Source: a candidate division WOR-3 bacterium | Lineage (GTDB): Bacteria; Hydrothermota; Hydrothermia; Hydrothermales; Hydrothermaceae | DNA length: 13,787 nucleotides | Reading direction: 5' to 3' | Assembly (NCBI GenBank): GCA_039803745.1 | Contig: JBDRZD010000045.1 | Location: 1 to 13,787 of the forward strand | In this document: positions 8,889-13,787 of the stretch, one piece after another | How positions within the stretch are numbered: the stretch's first letter is position 1 | Layout of the letters: the number at the start of each line of letters is the position of its first letter | The notes under the pieces: generated by a model | Told to the model about the DNA's origin: nothing | Databases searched by the model: none | What the model saw: only the letters and a program-made list of their open reading frames with translations | Program-made: the position numbers and the translations under genes

Positions 8889-10262
8889 ATGAAAAAATTA
8901 ATTTTAACTTTTCTTTTTTACATTTTAATATACTCCCTTTTTATTTATCTTCTTTATGATCTAAATATAAAAATAATATTAAAAATAATAATATCTATTT
9001 CTTTCTTAATTCTTCTTTTTTTAACAAAAAGTTTTTCCCTTTCTTTTTTAATCCTTTCACCTCTTTTCTTAACATTTCTTTTAAGATTGTTTTTGAAAGT
9101 TCCTGAATATTTCATTCCAACAATTTCTATAACTATAATAGATTTTTTCTCTTTTTTTTACTTATTCAAATTATTTTATCTAAATTTTAAACTAAAAACA
9201 AAAGAAAACTTTTCTCCTTTTTTAATTTCTTTTCTTTTTCTAATCCTTTTCTCTTTATTATTTTCAAAAAATGCAAAATATACTTTAATAATGTTTCTCT
9301 TTATCCTTTCAGTTTTTATATATTATATAGCACTCGTAAATGAAATAACAGAATTAAATAAAATATACCTTTTCATATTTTTCATCTCCATATTTTCTCT
9401 TTTTAATTCTTTTATAGGTTTTTTGCAATGGAAAGGAAAAGCAATAGTAATTCTCGGTGAATTTTTAACTAAATTGCCAACAGGCTCTTTCTTTGGAGCC
9501 ACAAGAGTAAGGGGTATACTTTCTCATATGAACAGTTATCCTGCAATTCTTGCTTTTTTAAACCCAATCTTTCTCTCTGTTTTATTTTCAAATGCTCAAA
9601 AATATATTAAACTTTCTTGTATTTTAGCAATAATCTTTTCAATTCCTGGCATCATTTTTTCTCTTTCAAGGGCTGGTTATATATGTTTAATAACAGGTTT
9701 TTTATCATTTTTTTTCCTTTATCTAATAAAAGAAAAAAGCAAAGAAGAAATTATTAAAATACTCACCCTTTTATTATTAGCAGTATTAATTTTTTTATCA
9801 ATTATATTTATCATTCCACAAGTTAAAATGAGGATAATCAATACAATAACCTTTACCAAAGATATATCTGCAAGGGTAAGATTTTATTTATGGAAAAACT
9901 CAGTAAAAACTTTTTTTGAAAAACCACTTGGTATAGGATGGGGAAATTTTATTTACCAGCCCTATTCACTCGGACTTTGGAGACCACATAATCTTTATAT
10001 TCATTTAATGATAGAACTTGGAATAGGTGGTATAATTTTATTTTTATTTTTTTCATTTTTCTTAATTAAAAAATTATATTTAAAATTCAAGATGGTAAAG
10101 GAAAAGGATTTAAAGTTCCTATTATTTGGGATAATTTCTTCATGGATAATATTTTTAATTCATAATATATTTGAATCAATATGGATTCCTTATTATCATA
10201 ATCTTGAAAGTTATACATTTGCATGGCTTCTTTTTTTAACAAATTTTTTAATCAATAAATAA
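8889..10262 (+). CDS. O-antigen ligase / Wzy_C family membrane protein (polymerase, ligase or O-oligosaccharyltransferase)
   Basis: Many TM segments with RVRGILSHMNSY, FSLSRAG, SARVR..LWK, KPLGIGWGNF, PHNLYI.L..ELGIGG and HN.FE. Confidence 0.88.
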   Translation: MKKLILTFLFYILIYSLFIYLLYDLNIKIILKIIISISFLILLFLTKSFSLSFLILSPLFLTFLLRLFLKVPEYFIPTISITIIDFFSFFYLFKLFYLNFKLKTKENFSPFLISFLFLILFSLLFSKNAKYTLIMFLFILSVFIYYIALVNEITELNKIYLFIFFISIFSLFNSFIGFLQWKGKAIVILGEFLTKLPTGSFFGATRVRGILSHMNSYPAILAFLNPIFLSVLFSNAQKYIKLSCILAIIFSIPGIIFSLSRAGYICLITGFLSFFFLYLIKEKSKEEIIKILTLLLLAVLIFLSIIFIIPQVKMRIINTITFTKDISARVRFYLWKNSVKTFFEKPLGIGWGNFIYQPYSLGLWRPHNLYIHLMIELGIGGIILFLFFSFFLIKKLYLKFKMVKEKDLKFLLFGIISSWIIFLIHNIFESIWIPYYHNLESYTFAWLLFLTNFLINK

Positions 10263-11346
10263 CATTTTTAAAAATTTCATACATACTTTTTGCACTTTCC
10301 TCCCATTTGTATTTTGATGAAATTTCAAAACCTTTCTTCACCAGTTCTTTTTTCAATTCTTCATTATTTAAAATTTCATATATTTTTTCTGCAATTCCCT
10401 CATAATCAAAAGGAGAAAAAGAGGGAATTTTTCCTTCTGTAATCTCATTTAATGAATCTATATTTGATATTACACAGGGCACACCACATTTCATTGCTTC
10501 AATAACAGGAAATCCAAAGCCTTCATAAAAGGATATAAATAAAAAAATATCAGCATTTTGATATATTTTTAAAAGTTCTTCTTTTTCAACATAATCTTTA
10601 AAAATTATAAAATCTTTATAAAGATGTTCATCTATTTTTCTTTCTATTTCTTTAAAACCCTCTTCCTTTTTACCAACAAGCAACAAATAATGCTTTAATT
10701 TATACTTTCTTTTCAAAATATTAAATACTTCTAAAATCCCTATTACATTCTTTCTTTTCGTAATTGCACCTACATAAAGAATATAGGAAAAATCAAATAA
10801 ATTTTTATTATTAGCAGGTTTAAAAAAATCGTCAACTCCATGATAGACATAAAAAGTTTTTCCCTTTGCTTTTGGAAAAAATTTTTCAACTTCGTCTTTT
10901 ATAAATTTTGTGGGAGTTATAATTGCATCTGCTTTTTCAATAGATAAAGGTAAAAAAAATTTAAAATAAAAGGGATAAAATTTTTGAAAGAATTCCGGGA
11001 AATGATATGGAGCAAGATCATGAATTGTGATTACTATTTTCCCATTATAAAAATAAGGAGAAAAAAAATTGGGACAAAAGAGTAAATCAACTTTTTCTCT
11101 TTTAAGATTAGAGAGTAGAAGAAAATTAAGCCAGAAGGGAGAAGATAAACGGGAATAAAGAGGAAAATATATTTTTTTTATTTTTATTCTTTCATTTAAA
11201 AAATACATATTTAAATCTTTGTGAATAAAAAGAATAAACTCAATATCGTTATAAATTTTTACCATTTCTTTTATTATATTCTCAATATAATATCCAATCC
11301 CTCTTTTTTTTCCAACAATATGACGAGCATCAACACCTACAATCAT
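10252..11346 (-). CDS. GT4 glycosyltransferase, MtfB/WbdM/WbpY-like
   Basis: Motifs GVDAR....RGIGYY, ITIHDL, ADAIITPT, YHGVD, LYVGAI..RKN and SFYEGFGFPVIEAMKCGVP (EX7E). Confidence 0.92.
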   Translation of the reverse strand: MIVGVDARHIVGKKRGIGYYIENIIKEMVKIYNDIEFILFIHKDLNMYFLNERIKIKKIYFPLYSRLSSPFWLNFLLLSNLKREKVDLLFCPNFFSPYFYNGKIVITIHDLAPYHFPEFFQKFYPFYFKFFLPLSIEKADAIITPTKFIKDEVEKFFPKAKGKTFYVYHGVDDFFKPANNKNLFDFSYILYVGAITKRKNVIGILEVFNILKRKYKLKHYLLLVGKKEEGFKEIERKIDEHLYKDFIIFKDYVEKEELLKIYQNADIFLFISFYEGFGFPVIEAMKCGVPCVISNIDSLNEITEGKIPSFSPFDYEGIAEKIYEILNNEELKKELVKKGFEISSKYKWEESAKSMYEIFKNVIY

Positions 11347-11355
11347 ACTCTTTAA

Positions 11356-11391
11356 ATTATATTGACTTTATTTAAAATAAATCAATATAAT
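11356..11391. promoter_or_regulatory. Palindromic bidirectional sigma70 promoter for the two divergent GT4 genes
   Basis: ATTATATTGA-C-TTTATTT-A-AAATAAA-TCAATATAAT. + strand: TTGACT (11362-11367)-N18-TATAAT (11386-11391). - strand: TTGATT (11385-11380)-N18-TATAAT (11361-11356). Confidence 0.75.
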
Positions 11392-11405
11392 AAAATTAAT
11401 TAAAA

Positions 11406-12575
11406 ATGTTGAAAATACTTTTTGTTTCTCCATATTTTCCTTATTATAATAAAGGAGGAGGTGGAGCAGTTTCTTTTAATAGAATTAAGTCTCTTTCAAA
11501 GTTTGCTCAAATAGATTTAATTTTTTTATCAAATGGAAATGAATCTAATAAGTATAAAAATGAAGTTAAAATGCTTGTAAGGGATTTTGAAGGCATTAAC
11601 CAAAGAAATTTTGAGGTAATAAAAAATATATTCTTTTATTTTCCATATAAATCTTTAAGAGAATCCTTTGCCTTTTCAAAAAATTTTGTTGAAATCTTGA
11701 AGAAAAAAACGAGTGAAAAAAAATATGATGTCATTTGGTTCAATCATGAAAGAACATTTCAATATTCTTTTTATATCAAAAAAGGTAAAAAGTTGATAGA
11801 CCTTCATGATGTTACTTCAGAAAGACATAAAAAAATGTTTTTTGGAACAAAAAATTTATTTTTAAAATTAATACATCTTTATGAATATTTCAGAATAAAG
11901 AATCTTGAACGAAAAATATTAAAGAATATGGATGGAGTTATTGTGATATCAAAAAATGAAAAAATAAAATTAAAAAAGAGAAATAAAGTTTATGAAGCCC
12001 CATTTTGTTTGGATATAGAAACAAAAAAAGGAGAAATGAAAAATGAAGAAAAAAATGTACTTTTTATTGGAGATATGAATTACTATCCGAATAAGGATGC
12101 CCTTTTTTATTTTGTTAAAAAAATATACCCAATTATTAAAAAAGATGTTAAAAATGTGAAATTATTAATAGTAGGACCATCAATTGACAAAAAAGTTAAA
12201 AAATTACAAAACGAGGATATAATAGTAAAGGGATTCATTCCATCTATTGATGAAGTTTATTCAAATGTAAATGTTCTTGCTGTTCCTTTAAGAATTGCAA
12301 CAGGTATAAGGATAAAAATACTTGAAGCAATGGCAAGAGGCGTGCCTGTTGTTTCAACTAAAATTGGTTGTGAGGGAATAAGAGGATTAAAAAATGAAGT
12401 AAATATAATAATAGAGGATGACCCTTTAAGATTTGCTAAGGGAATTGAAAGATTATTAAATGATAAAAAATTTGCAGAATATATTTCTAAAAATGCAAGA
12501 AATTTAATTGAAAGATATTATTCAACAGAAAATCTAAAAGAAATAGTTGAGAAAATAATAAATGATAAAAAATAA
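11406..12575 (+). CDS. GT4 glycosyltransferase (exopolysaccharide-associated sugar transferase type)
   Basis: Motifs ILFVSPYFPY...GG, IDLHDV, LFIGDMNYYPNKDAL..F...IYP and VPLRIATGIRIKILEAMARGVPVVSTKIGCEGI. Confidence 0.92.
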   Translation: MLKILFVSPYFPYYNKGGGGAVSFNRIKSLSKFAQIDLIFLSNGNESNKYKNEVKMLVRDFEGINQRNFEVIKNIFFYFPYKSLRESFAFSKNFVEILKKKTSEKKYDVIWFNHERTFQYSFYIKKGKKLIDLHDVTSERHKKMFFGTKNLFLKLIHLYEYFRIKNLERKILKNMDGVIVISKNEKIKLKKRNKVYEAPFCLDIETKKGEMKNEEKNVLFIGDMNYYPNKDALFYFVKKIYPIIKKDVKNVKLLIVGPSIDKKVKKLQNEDIIVKGFIPSIDEVYSNVNVLAVPLRIATGIRIKILEAMARGVPVVSTKIGCEGIRGLKNEVNIIIEDDPLRFAKGIERLLNDKKFAEYISKNARNLIERYYSTENLKEIVEKIINDKK

Positions 12576-13709
12576 AAAAATGATTTCAATTTCCTTTTCT
12601 TATGAAATAGGTGGGGCTGAAATTTCTCTAAAAAATCTATTAAAGGAATTAATTAAAAAAAAACTTATGTTTATCTATTTACCTCTCAAAACCTTTTAAA
12701 TTTTTATAATATTCCTTTAGAGAAAAAAATTATACTTTTTAAAAAACCAATAAAAATTTTTAAAAAAATAAATGGATTCAATTTCATCAATCTTTATGCT
12801 CTCTTAAAAATGATTTATATTTTTTTTGTATATTCATGGATTATAAGGAAAATAGCAAAGAATAAAAAAATTAAAATTATCCATTTAAATGACTACAAAA
12901 GCGGGGGATTTTTACCATTTCTAAAAATTTTTACAAAATCAAAAATTGTATGGCATATAAGAGATTTATTTCCATTGGAGTCAAAATTAAAATATTTTTA
13001 TTATAAAATTTTTGGAAAATTCAGTGATATTTTAATAGCAAATTCACCACTTGTTGAAAGAATGCTTCATAATATGGGATTTAAAAAAGTGAAAATGATA
13101 TACAACATAATGAATTTTAAAGAAATAACTCTTTCAAAAATTGAAGCAAGGAAAAAGTTAAATTTACCATGTGAAAAGATTATAATAGGTTATATAGGAA
13201 GGATATCAGAGGAAAAGGAACTGGAAAAACTTTTAGAGGCAATAAATTTAATAAAATATAAAAATGTTCTATGTTTAATAGTGGGAGAAGATTTTAAAGG
13301 AGGATTTTTAAAAGAAAAATTGTTGAAATATGCTAAGGAAAGGGGAATTGAAGATTATGTAAAATTTACAGGATGGAAGGAAAATACAGAGGATTATTAT
13401 GTTGCCCTTGATATATTTGTGCATCCAAGAGAAAATACTTATGAACCATTTGGAAGAAATGTAGTTGAAGCAATGTTTTATGAAATACCAGTTTGTGTAT
13501 CTAAAAAGTTTTCCTGGTTAATTAAGGATAAAGAAAATGGATTTATATTTGAAGGAGGTGCAGAGGGGATTGCAAAAAGAATAGTTGAAATTTTTGAAAA
13601 AGAAAATAGGGAAATTGTTTCAAAAAATGCAAAAAAATTTGTGGAAAAGGAATTTAAAAATGAAAAAATTGTAAATGATTTTATAAAAATTTTGTTTAAT
13701 GAAAAATGA
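12562..13709 (+). pseudogene. GT4 glycosyltransferase interrupted by a frameshift at an A9 tract (phase-variable or slippage-expressed gene, pseudogene, or sequencing error); about 382 aa if one A is added
   Basis: ATG at 12562 gives MIKNKKMISISFSYEIGGAEISLKNLLKELIKKK (canonical GT4 GGAE N-terminus), which stops at 12697-12699. The -1 frame opens at 12657, reads TYVYLFTSQNLL... without a stop into the annotated 12810 ORF, and contains IIHLN, WHIRD, GYIGRISEEK and EPFGRNVVEAM. Confidence 0.85.
12655..12663 (+). repeat. Homopolymeric A9 tract at the frameshift site
   Basis: ATT AAAAAAAAA CTT. A10 or A7 restores the reading frame. It is the longest homopolymer I found by eye in the window (others are 8 or shorter). 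Confidence 0.85.
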
Positions 13710-13722
13710 AATAATTTTCCTT

Positions 13723-13728
13723 TATACT
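13723..13728 (+). promoter_or_regulatory. Putative -10 element for a (near-)leaderless transcript of the last gene
   Basis: TATACT ends 8 nt before the ATG at 13737, with no SD. Weak -35 candidate ATGAAA (13699-13704) at an 18-bp spacer. Confidence 0.4.
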
Positions 13729-13736
13729 TAAACTCA

Positions 13737-13787
13737 ATGAAAGAATTTACAATAAAAGCAATTATCCTTGGTATTTTTCTTTCAATA
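13737..13787 (+). CDS. Partial (5' end) probable OPT-family oligopeptide transporter, runs off the window
   Basis: MKEFTIKAIILGIFLSI matches the typical OPT N-terminal pattern E[LF]T.[RK]A..LG..L. Only 17 codons are visible. Confidence 0.6.
   Translation, partial: MKEFTIKAIILGIFLSI

Noticed and set aside
12810..13709. 299-aa GT starting at 12810 as a complete gene
   Set aside because: It lacks the GT4 N-terminal strand and GGAE motif, which are encoded at 12562-12660 in another frame, and it has no SD.
13699..13731. ATG at 13699 (MKNEIIFLYT*) and ATG AAA TAA at 13706
   Set aside because: These tiny ORFs are expected by chance in AT-rich DNA, and the ATG at 13737 gives the protein-like frame.
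1..13787. CRISPR arrays, tRNA/rRNA, IS elements, riboswitches
   Set aside because: No spaced repeats, structured GC-rich RNA segments or transposase/integrase motifs were seen. The intergenic gaps are short (145 bp or less) and are explained by promoters.

Overview
Very AT-rich bacterial DNA. A degenerate T9SS-like C-terminal tail on one protein hints at the FCB group (e.g. WOR-3-like), but this is inference only. The left end has two translationally coupled, signal-peptide-bearing hypothetical genes (- strand), divergent from a secreted M28 zinc peptidase (+). Next comes mnmG/gidA (-), the last gene of a - strand run from a Wzx-dependent surface-polysaccharide locus: wzx-like flippase, GumI-like glycosyltransferase, WcaJ-type priming transferase. 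The locus continues with an O-antigen ligase/Wzy_C protein (+), a MtfB/WbpY-like GT4 (-) and two more GT4s (+). The last GT4 is split by a frameshift at an A9 tract; its real start is about 12562, not 12810. The window ends in the first 17 codons of a probable OPT-family transporter missed by the ORF track. The most notable non-annotated signals are the A9 frameshift, a 36-bp palindromic bidirectional sigma70 promoter (11356-11391), recurrent 18-bp-spacer promoters, near-leaderless SD-less glycan genes, and a short secreted ORF with a caspase/gingipain-like His-Gly motif. I saw no RNA genes, CRISPR arrays or mobile elements, and I cannot claim a wholly new system. All family calls are from motif recognition, without database searches.
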